Shown: one piece after another, positions 38,601 to 50,742 of the stretch
Layout: every line of letters starts with the position of its first letter
How positions within the stretch are numbered: position 1 is the first letter of the stretch
Origin: Tricharina praecox
Taxonomy: Eukaryota
Assembly (NCBI RefSeq): GCF_024521635.1
Contig: NW_026250433.1
Location: 372,001 to 436,000, forward strand
DNA: 64,000 nucleotides
Direction of reading: 5' to 3'
The notes under the pieces: model-generated
Database searches by the model: none
Told to the model about the DNA's origin: nothing
Seen by the model: the letters and a program-made list of their open reading frames with translations, nothing else
Made by a program: the position numbers and the translations under genes

Positions 38601-40166
38601 CTACCTCTAATTCTAGATGTTTATTTTTAATGTGATTGATGTGCCCTTGTATCGTTACAAATTTCCGAACAGAACCTGCACAGTTGGTTCGGGACACCTT
38701 TCGGCATTGCTATGGCGTGATAGGTGAGAGACGAATAGGGTTCTCACTTCGACTGGATGGTTGGATGTGGTGGGTGAGGGGCGAATATGGTTCTCGCCAC
38801 GCTTGGATAGTTACATATATGTCAAACTCTGGACGGCGCCATGCTGACGTCACATAACACATTAGGAAAACAAAGGGATGACGACCGAGACCACCGGTGG
38901 TCTGACGCGGTCCACATGCCTCTGACGGTAACTCCCTCCACCGTACGGTGCTGGTCGACCGTGTCCCCCAACTGCTTATCGGACCGGTTACGCTGTCCTG
39001 CTACTGTTACCCGCCCTGCTCGGCCACTTGGAAAAACGTCTCCTGCTACTACTACTCCTCCTTACCTTGCTCGACCTGCCGTGGATACCGTCTCCAGCAC
39101 TGCGCCCTGAAATTACCCTTTCGCTACCATAGATTTAATACTGCATTCGCCCTGAACTTGCCCTCACGCTACCGGCGAGCTGGGCCGAGAATGACCATAG
39201 AGGCGATGACGAGGAAGAGAAAGAACTAGAGGAAGCGGAGGAGGAAGAGGAGGAGAATCTCAAGCACGCACATACTTTATGCGGACCATAAAGTACAGAT
39301 GGAGTAAAATACACATCTTTACAAATTCCAGCTGCTTTCACCATTTCGATCGTTTCGTGTATAACATTTATTACGTTTTTTCTTCCCTACTAAGTCAGAG
39401 CACTCGCTAGGTACAGCACTCGCCACAGAATACGTTACGGCACACACCAATGCATCAGTCTTACCTCATATTTACGCACCCTCGACTCCGGACTCGGGAG
39501 TCGGAGGCAGATGATGAAACACAACACCACTCGCACCGTCACTCTGATGGCCTAGTCTGTACTTCTGACGTCTTCAGGGCGTCGCTTCTGGCGTTTTGCC
39601 AGACGGGTAGGAGGTATTCTGGGTTTCGATCATGAGGCAAGCCTGACGAACAAAGGCATTGACGATGCGCGAGCATGACTCTTCAGCTGCGAATCTGTGT
39701 ACGTACTTGGGTCGTGGTATTCACAGCCCCAGGAAAAAAATATGAATGAGAAGATTGTCTTTGATTCGCAGCGTCGTCTGCTGGCTATACACGTACATAA
39801 CACCGCACTGCCCGTGATTCCGATGACGAGCGGTGGCGTGCGTCGAGTGATCGGGGATGGGATCTTATCTATCTTATCTTATCTACTCTAATCATCTACG
39901 AGTGATTGCACATGAACCGTGACAACTCGGCATTGCTCAGTTCAACATACATATGATCTTACCTACCGGCAACGCGAAGGGGAACGGCCGTACAGTCGGG
40001 CCCTGGCTCCTTCTAGATGATTTGACATGTCTGGTTCACGGTGATTTTCACCCAGTGAACTCCACAGGGCGGTTATCCGGTTCAGACGGGATGGAGGCAG
40101 GCGGGATGGAGGCAGGCGGGATGATCTCGTGGACAATCCCTAAATCTGGAATGCTCCACTGAGGAG

Positions 40167-40210
40167 GGAAGGAAGGAAGGAAGGAAGGAAGGAAGGAAGG
40201 AAGGAAGGAA
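40167..40210. repeat. (GGAA)n microsatellite
   Basis: Directly visible, ~11 units. Confidence 0.9.
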
Positions 40211-40488
40211 GTCAAGCCCATCTCTAGTTTACCGGCAATAATCAATCCACCGTGACTAGTGGGGAGGGCTACGGCGTAAAGTAAAGGTGCGAGTCACTAT
40301 CGATGTGGGCTGACGAGAATCAGCGTTCATTGTTCACGCAGCAGCATTCAACCATCTATTAGAAGCTCGGAAAATCAGAACTTCCAAATGACACAAATTT
40401 TTCCAGCAGTTTTTCCACCATCTTATTTACCCGATTCGATCTCAATGCTGTCAACCCTTCCCCGGTTCACACATCACATCCGTCAAGC

Positions 40489-41209
40489 CTAGGCCCACTT
40501 AGTGTAAAGATTGACCACAACATCGTTGAACCTGTGCATCACCAATCGTCAGTACACACAGTTGACGTTTTTGGCGACGGGAAACTTGGAGAGAAGAATA
40601 AACCGACTTGACATAACCACCCGCCTGTCTATTAAGAGCCACGCCCTCGGTACACTTGTCGATGATAACCTCGATGGCCCACGCGGCGGCACCACAGTTC
40701 AAGCAGATATGGTTGTGCGGAGTGTAGTTGCAGATATCGGTAGCGGCAGCACCGGGCTTGGGGTATCCCGACATGAGCATCATCCGGCACGTGCCGTCCT
40801 TAGGCTTGTCGACGCAGCACCACTGATGCTGCAACTGCTTCATCGTCTTGAGCATCTTCTCGGAGTACATGCGGTACGGCGAGGCGTCCGAGGTCTCGCA
40901 GTGGATGGTGGTGGCAGCGTCTGCGTGGACGCCGATCAGGTCGGAGAGGCGGCTGGGGGCGGGAATGCCGGAGGGCAGCGAGGGCAGCGGCCGGCCGGCG
41001 GCGGAGAGCTCGAGAAGGCTGCTGAGGTTCAAGGCAGGGTGGGAGAGATCGGCGGAGGAAGGCAGGGAGAGCCATTCGAAGCCGTTGCTCTTGTGGACGA
41101 CCGCGCCGGGAAGGATGGTCGTGTTGGAGCCACGGGGAGCGGCGTGGGCGACTCCGGCAAGCTGGAGAAGGACGACCGGTAGAGGTAGGAGAAAGTTGAG
41201 GAACTGCAT
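40489..41209 (-). CDS. Secreted 8-Cys protein, Ecp2/KP4-like effector or toxin candidate (paralogue A); 2 exons (41209-40608, 40531-40489), ~214 aa
   Basis: Signal peptide MQFLNFLLPLPVVLLQLAGVAHA, a Pro/Ser/Leu-rich linker, then CETSDASP...WCC...C...C...CxxC...C...AGGY. Intron 40607-40532 (GTCGGT...ACTGAC...CAG) gives the C-terminus VKFNDVVVNLYTKWA*. The family label is inferred from the ETSDASP and terminal GG motifs. Confidence 0.85.
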
Positions 41210-41261
41210 CGTGAAAGGTGGTATGTTTGCGGTGGTAGTAGATAGGAGGTGTTGGAGATGT

Positions 41262-41366
41262 AGGTGGAGATGGAGGTAGAGATGGAGGTGGAGGTAGAGA
41301 TGGAGGTGGAGGTAGAGATGGAGGTGGAGGTAGAGATGGAGGTGGAGGTAGAGATGGAGGTGGAGG
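41262..41366. repeat. 18-bp minisatellite (GTAGAGATGGAGGTGGAG)n just upstream of the paralogue A start
   Basis: ~5 near-identical units. Confidence 0.9.
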
Positions 41367-42006
41367 GTAAGCGCGGATGTAGGATAGTGGATGACTGTTG
41401 TGAATAGTTGAGGGCAAGCAGCAAGGGATCACTATTCTGAGTTGGTTCCTAGAAACGTTTACGTCGTATCAGTGTCTAAGAAGCTCCGTACTGATTCGGT
41501 TGTTTTCATCACTCGGTTTTTTTTTGCGTTAGTCGGGTGTGTTCCGCCTCGCCACGGAGGGCCTAAATTTGGGCATGAAGAATGGTTGACGCGGAGGATG
41601 TAGATAATGAGTGCAAGCATGGGTTTTCCCTTTTTACAATTGGTTGGTAGGCAGCGGTGCAGCACCAGGCCGTGGTGGTAGAGCTTTCTCACAACCCCGC
41701 GGAGCTGGCGGAAAGGAAAGGTTGGGATGTTGGTGGTCATTATGGTCTAGTAAGGCCGCATGCGACAATGAATTGATGGTGTCTCTCTCTCAACTCACAG
41801 TGACTAGAATGTGCTATAGGGAAAAGGTACGAGTCAGTATTGATGATGGTCTGAAGGGAATCAGAGTGTACGCAGCAGTAAACGATCAATTAGAAGCTAG
41901 AAAAATCAGAACTTCGAAATGACCACAGTTTCTCCATTATCCTATACCATTCACCCGATCCTAATGCTTCCATCGCTTCCCCGGTTACACATCATATCAG
42001 TCGCGC

Positions 42007-42822
42007 CTAGTTCCACTTATACCTAGTGTAAAGATTGACCTGAGCATCGACGAACCTGTGCAGCACCAATCGTTAGTACAGTTGAAGTTTTGGCGGAGAC
42101 CGAATACAGCCATGATCTGATAAGGTCGAATGCTACGATGATGAAACGAGAGAAAAAAAAGAGAAAAAACCGTTTTGGCGGAGGGAAACTTAGAGAGAAG
42201 AATAAACCTACTTGAGTTAACCACCCGCTTGTTTCCAGTTCACGATCTCGCCCTTGGTACACCCATCGAGGATCATCTCAATGGCCTGCGCGGCAGTACC
42301 ACAAGTCATGCAGATATGGTTGAGGTGGGAGTAGTTGCAGATATCGGTAGCGGCAGCACCGGGCTTGGGGAATCCTGCGCTGAGCATCCTGATGCACGGG
42401 TCGCCGCCGTTCGCCGCCTTGTCGATGCAGCACCACTTATTCGACATCTTCTTTAGCGCCTCAAGAATCTTTTCGGAGTACATGCGGTACGGTGGGGCGT
42501 CCGAGGTCTCGCAGTGGAGCGTGTTGACGGCTGCATGGACGACGATCTGGTTGGAGAGGCGGCTGGGGGCGGGAATGCCGGAGGGGAGATCGGGGAGCGG
42601 AAGGCCGGCGAAGGAGAGCTCAAGAAGATTCGTGAGGTTTAAAGCAGGAAGGGAGAAATTGGCAGAGGAAGGCAGGGAGAGCCATTCGAAGCCGTTGGTG
42701 TTATGGACGATCACACCGGGAAGGGTGGTCGTGTTGGGGGCACCACGGGGAGCGGCGTGGGCGACTCCGGCAAGCTGGAGTAGGACGACCGGAAAAGCTA
42801 GGAGAAAGTTGAGGAACTGCAT
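42007..42822 (-). pseudogene. Secreted 8-Cys protein paralogue B with a premature TAA (42219-42217) removing the last 18 aa; intron enlarged by an insertion
   Basis: Collinear with paralogue A. A's QAGG-Y-VK corresponds to QAGG-*-LK (TAT>TAA). Exon 2 (KFVDAQVNLYTRYKWN*) is intact after intron 42211-42056. A 201-aa product with all 8 Cys could still be made. Confidence 0.75.
42099..42171 (+). mobile_element. 73-bp 5'-truncated retroposon 3' end with A-rich tail and 12-bp TSD
   Basis: Flanked by GTTTTGGCGGAG at 42087-42098 and 42172-42183, a site that is single-copy in paralogue A. Body ACAGCCATGATCTGATAAGGTCGAATGCTACGATGATGAAAC plus A-rich tail. Confidence 0.85.
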
Positions 42823-42884
42823 CGTGAAAGGTGGTATGTTCGCGGTGGTAGTAGATGAGGGGGATGTGCTTGGAGGTGGAGTTG

Positions 42885-42993
42885 AAGGTGAATGTGGAGG
42901 TGAAGGAGAATGTGCAGGTGAAGGAGAATGTGGAGGTGAAAGAGAAATGTGCAGGTGAAGGAGAATGTGCAGGTGAAGGAGAATGTGCAGGTG
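42885..42993. repeat. 18-bp minisatellite (GAAGGAGAATGTGCAGGT)n just upstream of the paralogue B start
   Basis: ~6 units. Confidence 0.9.
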
Positions 42994-43205
42994 TAGTTCG
43001 GGCGTGCGGGCGGATAGGATTGTGGGGGACTGTCTTGAAGTGGTTGAGGGCAAGCAGAAAGGGCTCACTATTCCGAGTTGGTCCCTCAAACGTTTACGTC
43101 GTATCGGTGTCTAAGAACCCCCGTACCTGATTCGGTTGTTTGCATCACTCGGTTGTCTTTTGTATCAGTCGGGTGCGTTCCGCCTAATTACGAAGCGCCT
43201 AGATT

Positions 43206-43334
43206 GCCTGGTGGAGGGAAATAGGGAAGCCACATCGGGCTCGCGGCCAGCGGTCGGAGACAGTGGGGTGGAACCGGACGTGTACACAGCCATGATCTGC
43301 AAATGTCGAATGCTACGATGACGAAACAACAAGT
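43206..43334 (+). mobile_element. 129-bp 5'-truncated retroposon 3' end with 9-bp TSD
   Basis: Flanked by GCCTAGATT at 43197-43205 and 43335-43343; paralogue A has a single GCCTAAATT at ~41560. Its 3' part matches the 42099-42171 insert, and GGGAAGCCACATCGG matches 50601-50615. Confidence 0.85.
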
Positions 43335-43565
43335 GCCTAGATTTGGGCATAAAGAATAACCCGGATTCCTTTGGTTTATAATGTAATTGCCAGTTATATT
43401 GAATTGCATGTGTAGAAATCGTCTATAGCAAGGTCCCACCGACCGACCAGTCGTTCGCGTGCAACAGAATGAAAACAATCCCAACACCGACTCCGATATC
43501 GCAAAAATCCCAGACTCCGAGAAAAGATGCGAACAACACGACCAATCACCGCCCATCATCCAACA

Positions 43566-45270
43566 CTACATGTAGTCTTCGACGAGCATTTCTATTGTCG
43601 CCTTCTTGACTCGTTTCTCGGTCACCAGCATGACACTAGGAACTCCAACGACCGCCCTCTCGCCGTACATCTCGTTCCTGAGCATAGTAGCGAGTGCACT
43701 GCCACAGCCCCACGCGTTGACCATACCCTCACCGGAATATCCAGCGCACACCCACTCTTTCCCAGTGCCTCTTCTCCGTCCACCGGCAACCTTCTCGGGT
43801 ACCTCGCCGACCCAGGGCACCGAGTCGACGGAGAAGCCGAGGATACCAGTCCAAGCAGCTTCGATTTGAACGCCGGTGACAAGCCCGGGGAAGATGGCGG
43901 GAAGAAGACCACCAAGGTATGCGGTTTCCATGACCGAGTTCTCGTTGTCGCGACAATTCCCCAAGGCGTCCATACCGTCGTTGGGACCTTTGGCCCAGCC
44001 ACCGCCCAACATGTATCTTCCATCAGGAGTTACCGTCATGTAATCCATTCCTAAATAGCCTAGTTAGCTAGTGTCCTTTCAGCACAAACATGAGGTGGTT
44101 TACTAACCTTTATCCCACATGAAACTCCATGATCTGTTCGATCCACCAGGGAGGGAGACGTTGTTGTTGAGACGCTGTGACGTCATCTGGCCACGGGCCG
44201 GAACAATCTTTCCTTTGAATCCAGGAAGGAGACGAGAAACATAGCCATTATTCGCGTGGATGATGTGTGTGGCACGCATGACTTGACTCTTACCCTGGAA
44301 AGTAAAGCAGCTGAACGGTTGCACCGGGCTGATGGGTCGACGGAAGGGATCGACAGGCGTGCCTTGAACCGTCTCCACGGGGGTGTTGCAGTGGATACTC
44401 AGAGTCGGGAACTCGGCGAGCAATTTGGCGTAGAGATGGGTTATTAATTGGTAGGGTGACAGTGCAGCGGCAGGCCCGGTAATGATGCCGGCGGCAGTGG
44501 GAAGAGAGAATTTCTGCAACAGTTAGATCGACGGCCAAAAAAACAAAGCCGTACATATAGGATCAAAAACTTACCGTCTTGACCTCATCCCCTTCCCAGA
44601 CCCTCCATTTCCCTTTCTCGTCGGGAAACGCCTCCAACCAAGCCCGCAGTTTCTCCTTCGCCTCACGCCAGCTCTTCGACTCGCAATAAACATCGACAGA
44701 CTCAACCTCTCGGGCGTCGGAGGATTCCCGGAGCCCCTCTTTATCTGCCACACCCAGAATCTGCTGAAGATGTCCCATGCGAAACCGTACCACCTCGTCC
44801 GCCGCAACACGTCCGAATCTCTTCACCAAAGTGCTCCATTCCAGATAGGGAGTTTCCTTGATGTGGCCACCGTTCCTGCCGGTGCCGCCAGAGCACAATT
44901 CACGCGCCTCGAGGATCGCGACACGGGGCTTCGCCGCCGTGCTACCGGCCGAGTGCAGGAGATGGTAAGCGATCGAACACGCGGTAATGCCGGATCCACT
45001 GTTTTTCGGTCAGCGCTATTTGGTCCCCCCCTCCCCTGACGGCTCGCATCGCGACTTGGCATACATGATCAGGACGTCGACTTCCTCCGGCGTTGTCTCG
45101 GACTTGTGGACAGCTAGCAGTGACGGTGGTAGCTGCCAAGCGCTCGCGGTAGGATGGGCCACGGGCTTGCCGGGCGAACCATTGATGCGCGAGATCACGG
45201 CGGCGTAGGTCGCATTGAGCGCGCGAAGAGTTTTGAGGGCGACATTGAGCGAAGAGACGAGTCCACCCAT
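43566..45270 (-). CDS. FAD-dependent oxidoreductase (DAO/PuuB-like family); 4 exons (45270-45065, 44998-44575, 44513-44108, 44050-43566), ~506 aa
   Basis: Motifs: VDVLIIGSGITAC dinucleotide fold, LEARELCSGGTGRNGGHI, HANNGY, PARGQM, WTGILGFSVDSVPWVG, CAGYSGEGMVNAWGCG. Three canonical introns keep the frame. Confidence 0.93.
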
Positions 45271-46826
45271 TGTGAAGTAAAGGAAACGAAGAAAAAAGAA
45301 GAGAATAAGAGTGGACGAGATACGGAAGAGAGAAGGGAGGAGCAACGATGTGGGTGGCCACGCGCTGTTATATGCGGACCAACGAAGTGTTGCATGGTGT
45401 CTCAGCGCGCTCAGCGAATTGAAGGGTGGGGGTGGTGAGACAGCTGGACATTATCGTGACTTGCGACCGTGGCGGTGGTTGGCTGGGACGGTCGTGGGCC
45501 TGTGAAGGTGCAGTAGGTTGAGTAACTAGTCGGCTCGCGTGCAGGGCTGGGATGATCTCCATTTCACCACACGGATCCCTACAGACCATCTTAGCGACAG
45601 CTCAGAGGTTCTCCTTTCTCAGCGGAGAGTACCGGTACCTATCATACTGATAAATTCTTCATAGGAACCAAGTACTAGTACTTCAAGCTCTTCAATATTA
45701 AAGTGCTGAGGGTCTCAGGACAGCTGGGGAGCCGTGTCCGGATGGAAGGTGAAGGGATAAGCTTCCCCAGAGTGAATCCTTCTAGAGTAGGTAGATGTTG
45801 GCGTAAACGGTCCTCGATGATCTCTTTCCCATCGAGCGCGCCGTCCTCTGTTTTGTCTTCACCACAGGGCGGTCATATCCGGGTGTGGCGGCTGGCGCTC
45901 ACACGCCACACCTCTCTCGCTTGTTCCCGCCCTTTTTGGCCGGTGGCGTCGATGTGGCGCACCTCTACACGTGACACGCTTCATCACATCCGGCTGAACT
46001 CATGCATAATTTTGGTCACTCATTTCGCCAAACGAACGTCTGCAGCCCGCCAGCCGCATAAAGTTATCACGATTCACCAACCTGCGCATTATGTACTCTG
46101 TACAGGGCTGCTCGCAATTACCCCCTCTCTCGCTTTGATGTCTTCGAGCTTGTTCGCATGGGGAAAACTGTGTCTCCTGACCGACGACCCAGATCGTCGA
46201 AGTGCAATTAGACATTCCGAAACGGCTGTGTTGAGCTTGGACTTCTAGTTTGAATCCTGTGCGTCTGGTTTACGGTTTACCCGAAGCGCCAGGGGTTCGC
46301 GTCGCTACCGGAAAATTGATTTTCCCCGCTGGACGGCTTTCCCGTTCCGGGGACGCTTGGCACAGACCCCACGCCATTGAGTGGTGGGCCAGCGACTTCG
46401 GTTTCGTTTCTAGTAATGGACCTCGTGCATCATACGTACCACGGATATCGCCCGTGACCATCATTGCTCCCTCCAGGAACAAAGACCACTTTCGCCGACG
46501 CGCCGACTCACCGACTCGCCGACTCGCCGCTGCCTTCGAGAGGACTTGACGTCAACCGATTCGGTACCGAAACGCTGGTATCACTTTCATTCAATTGCGT
46601 CCTCCGGCTACCTCCATCTTAGCCGAATCAACCGGTCTATGGGAATATATTGCTGATGCGTGGGTATAGATTGGTCAGATAAACGATGCCGAGGCATCGT
46701 TTTGCACGCAATGATCAATCCCCGGCAACGGCCACCGTGCCACTCCCGTGAACCTCAAAGATAGCTGAGATATAAGACTTTTATTCCCACAGTTCATGTT
46801 TTCTTAGCACCATCAATACTACCGCA

Positions 46827-47425
46827 ATGTTCCTCCCCACCCTCGCAATCACCTCCCTCATAGTCCTTCTCGCCTCTTTCACCAGCGCCGTGAAGCCACC
46901 GCCCGCCGCGCAACAACTCAAGGACCTGATCGCCGCCGGAAACTACAGCGACCCCGCCACGCTCCACAAAATCTTCAATGCCCTCCCGCCCGCCGAGATG
47001 CGCACCGTCTGGGGCACCTACAAGGGCCTGGACCTGACTCCGAACCCCGCCTTCCCCGACACGATCGGATGGTGGGGAAAGCGCTTCGTGCATTCCCCCT
47101 CTCCTCCTTCGCCCTCATCATACTAACCCACCCCTTCACCCCTCAGCTCAACGAATCCTTCGTGGACCCGCTTCTCGGCACACGCAACACCACGTCCGGT
47201 CCCGTCGTATACACGTACCCACGGGCGAACATAGCACAGATGCGGGAGATCACTTTCCGGGGGAAGAGCGCGGCAGCGATCGTTTACGATAAAACGCCGA
47301 TCATGGACTATTTCCGGCGTGTGGATGGGAAGACCCTGTTGGGCTTGGGCGATGAGAAGGGGAAGCCGTTGGGACCGTTCTTTTTGTTGACGAAGACGGT
47401 GGGGCAGGTGGTTGTGGAAATCTAG
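46827..47425 (+). CDS. Secreted GXWXG/DUF4334-like protein; 2 exons (46827-47087, 47147-47425), ~179 aa
   Basis: FNALPP..M, GWWGKRF....VDPLL and AQMREITFRGKSAAAIVYDKTPIMDYFRRVDGKTLLG match my recollection of GXWXG + DUF4334 proteins. N-terminal hydrophobic signal. Intron 47088-47146 (GTGCAT...TACTAAC...CAG). Confidence 0.85.
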
Positions 47426-48619
47426 GGCGGTAAGTGGGCGGATGAGGAGGAGGAGGAGGGAAACTAAATGGGCAAGGGAATGGGATACGGGGAGCGTGAA
47501 TGTCGCATAGAGAAGACACACTTTTTCTGAGGAATGGCTGGTGAAGTGATCAAGCTCTCGTTAGGAATTCCATCGGCTAGCGCTCCGCAACGTGCCGGAT
47601 ACCGACCAAACTCTGACAACTGAACTGCATCCGTCCGTATATTAGTAGGCGTAGGTAATGTCAAATTTAGAGATAGGTAGATGTATACTGCGGCTTGAAA
47701 GCTGTGCTTCTCGTCAGGCTCGGGAACCTGTCTATATACATGCTCCATCGGATTCCCGATCCACCGCTCGCACAAGAGGCCTCCTTTCGCCGGCATTCTC
47801 CGGGCACTAGATCCTCGGTATCAGTTAACTACCCCCTCCAGCACTCGGCACAACCACGGAGTCCCGAGCTGATTAGACGACTCGCTTTCGGGCTCATGGG
47901 CGTTCAATACCGACAGTAAGACTGCCAACGGACTTGGTTCGTCGAACAGAAATGCGGTTTTGTAGAGACGACCAAACAGCATCATAGCGTATCACTCGGC
48001 TATAGCCGCCCGATGGAAAAATGATCTCCGCCACGTAAGAACGCCGGCGAAGAGATACAGATCATATCAATGACCAAAAAGTGTCAAAGTGAGAAGAGGA
48101 GGCCTATATGCTGGGACTTTCATTAAAAAGAAAAACGAAATAAATCTCCGAAAGTGCCGGAGGAGGGAAGCTAGGCCAGTCTAAGATGAAGAACCCCGTT
48201 ACAACTAAGCCACAGCGCCTTCGAATAACTTTGTATGTTTACACGAACTCATAACCGCCCCCAGCCCTTCGCCCTTGCCTTGGAGAGAACATCTCTTTGC
48301 GAGCAGGAGACTTAGATAAACCATCACCAGTGCGCCATTGCACAGCATTAATAAACATGACATTCTTGACCGGCGCCACAAGCTCGCCGGTATCTCGAAA
48401 CGCTTCACCAATCTGGTAGTATTCAACCATACAAAAGGTGACGCCATACACATAAACATCCACACATCAGACATGACTACGCTGTCTTATAACGCAAGTT
48501 TCGTAACAGACCAACACAAAGCCTCACATCACCGACGCTTTCTAGTGGCATCCTCTGCATACTTCCAGCCAGGTACAGCATCACAACCAAAAACCAAAAC
48601 CAATCATCTCATAGTTAGT

Positions 48620-49005
48620 CTACAAACAGAGCACTACTTCGAACGAAGGCCCCATTCCTGCAACAGGCGGCCACAACACACGGTTTCAACGACGCGCCAT
48701 GACCTGAACCGGCATCTCAAACGTCATAACTGTCCGATCGAAAGCGATTTCCCTGTGTGCCCGATATGAAATAGATTGTCGTGAACGAGATGCTTTTCGA
48801 GCGATGTGTTTGAGTGCCGGAGACCGCGGGCCCAGCCGCTGTATCGATTCAGTTCAAAGAGAAATGAGGAAGTCGGAGATCTGCCTTCTGAACCGCGAAT
48901 CGACCTCGTACCGAGTCCTCGACTGAACCAACTTCGCAACGTTCCGTAGTGGCTTAGACCGACGAGCAATTCATCGTAACCTCGACATGGCAGATACCAT
49001 TCCTC
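48620..49005 (+). pseudogene. Degenerate C2H2 zinc-finger gene relic
   Basis: ERRPHSC...TTRHDLNRHLKRHNCPIESDFPVC resembles tandem C2H2 fingers with lost Cys residues. Stops follow immediately. Confidence 0.35.
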
Positions 49006-49461
49006 CTTCCGCGGGCTTTCTGTGACGCCGTGCGAGGGCCTAGCAAGTACTGTGAGATAGTAGTTGCATCGACGCTGGAGCTCCGCATGGCACAGATCAT
49101 AACCGGTCCTGTTCAAATGGTACGTTAGCGATACGAGCGTCAATCCAGGGATCACAATCGTACTCATTCACGGATGGCGACAGAGGGCAACGTGGTAGTG
49201 CACACAGGGTTCTCGTGTCGAAAGGCTGCTGCTGCGTGTACTGTGGGTGCCGCTTCACGAGGAAATAGTAGAACGACGACCCCGCAGCCACAGGAAGATA
49301 AGGGAAGCACCGATACCGACAGCGAAAATAGCGATATACGTCACAGCCAAAACTAGTAACCCTTTTTGCATGGTCGATAAAGTCGTATGGATGAAGATAA
49401 ATGGTGGTGTGCATACAAAGGATAACCGGAGTGTGAGGTACAGAACTCGTGGTGAGAGAGT

Positions 49462-50742
49462 CGGTTATTGATGGCCGTCTAGGGAGGACCGCAGTGATGC
49501 AGAGCAGTATACGTGAAACGGAAAGAAAGGCAAGCTGGGACCGAGAGCCCCCTTGGGAATGCACGCTTCATTCGTAGTGTGTAACAACTGCAGCAGGGGC
49601 ACTTCGACAACGCTTGGCATGCATACGGACACCTCGTCTTCCACACTGCAACCACTTCCCGCTGTTCGCCAGCAAGGCAGTATCCTATCGTTTCTTCCGC
49701 CCATCATCTTCTCACCATCTATCACCAGCATCTTCTTGGAACGTACACGCTACATATAGGCTATATCACCGCTCCTGACAACCGTTGGCACAGCCTGACG
49801 CATTGTCCGGACGATCACCATATTATATGCCGGTCCTTACTTGGGGCGTGCAGTAGGTGCCAGCTTCAAGACAGCTACTCATGCGGGGAGAGTGACGCCT
49901 CTAGTAAAGCCTTTCCACTGCCTTGGTGCGTTAGCTGATGACGTTACGCAGGGCCTCAACCCATCTCCACACGGTTCCACGGTAAGACCTCAGCGATCCG
50001 TTCTTTTTTCTGATTCAACACAACTTACCCTTACATTGCAGTGGCCGGTTACTCTCTAACAGTGCTAGATATCGAACAGCTCGACGGGATAATCAGGATC
50101 CTTCGGCAGAACAGATCCGCGGGGTCGTATGACGGTTCTCAGATATCGCAGACACTTATACACGTACACGATCCGTAATCCCCATCGCTGAATGGATCGG
50201 TACCAGCGTTTGCTCGGCCGATCATGGGGCGTCGTCCAATATTCTGGATACAGTCGGAGAGAAAACGATAGGCCCTAGCTCCGGTCGGCAGATATACTGT
50301 AAGCTTGCTGGATATGCCTGAGGCCGCCGGACGGGGCGGCAAGAGGACTGAAGGGCATGCTCTCGCATGGTGTAGGCGTGTGATTCCACCATACTCCGCA
50401 CACTGTTCTCGATAAGGTTACAGTTCTCGCAACCGAAGCTGTGAGACAAACGATCCGACGGAGGGGAAGTCACAGGGACTCACAGAGATGCAGGTCGCAT
50501 CGTGCTGAATCACTCGGCTCCAGCGGCCCGATGGAAGATTTATCGCCTCCGCGTAGGAACGCGGAGACATATCTTTGGGAACGGCCGGGGCGGAGGGCAG
50601 GGGAAGCCACATCGGCCGCCTGACGAAAGTTGGGCTGGAAAGTGGCGTGGAAACGGGCGGGTGCACGCGGGGGCACGTGTAGATGATATTGCCATGATCT
50701 AGATAGGTCGCACGCAATCAATGAATAAACAAAAAACAAAAT
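49462..50742 (+). mobile_element. Degenerate non-autonomous retroelement (SINE / LINE-derived), long copy 1, with A-rich tail
   Basis: Collinear similarity to 52036-53300 (CCGCAGTGATG.AGAG.AGT.TACGT; ACGCTTGGCAT.CATAC; TCTCACCATCTAT; CTTGGAACG; CGCGGGGTCGTAT; AATATTCTGG). Ends GCCATGATCTAGATAGGTCG...AATAAACAAAAAACAAAA, like the two TSD-flanked inserts. Confidence 0.7.
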
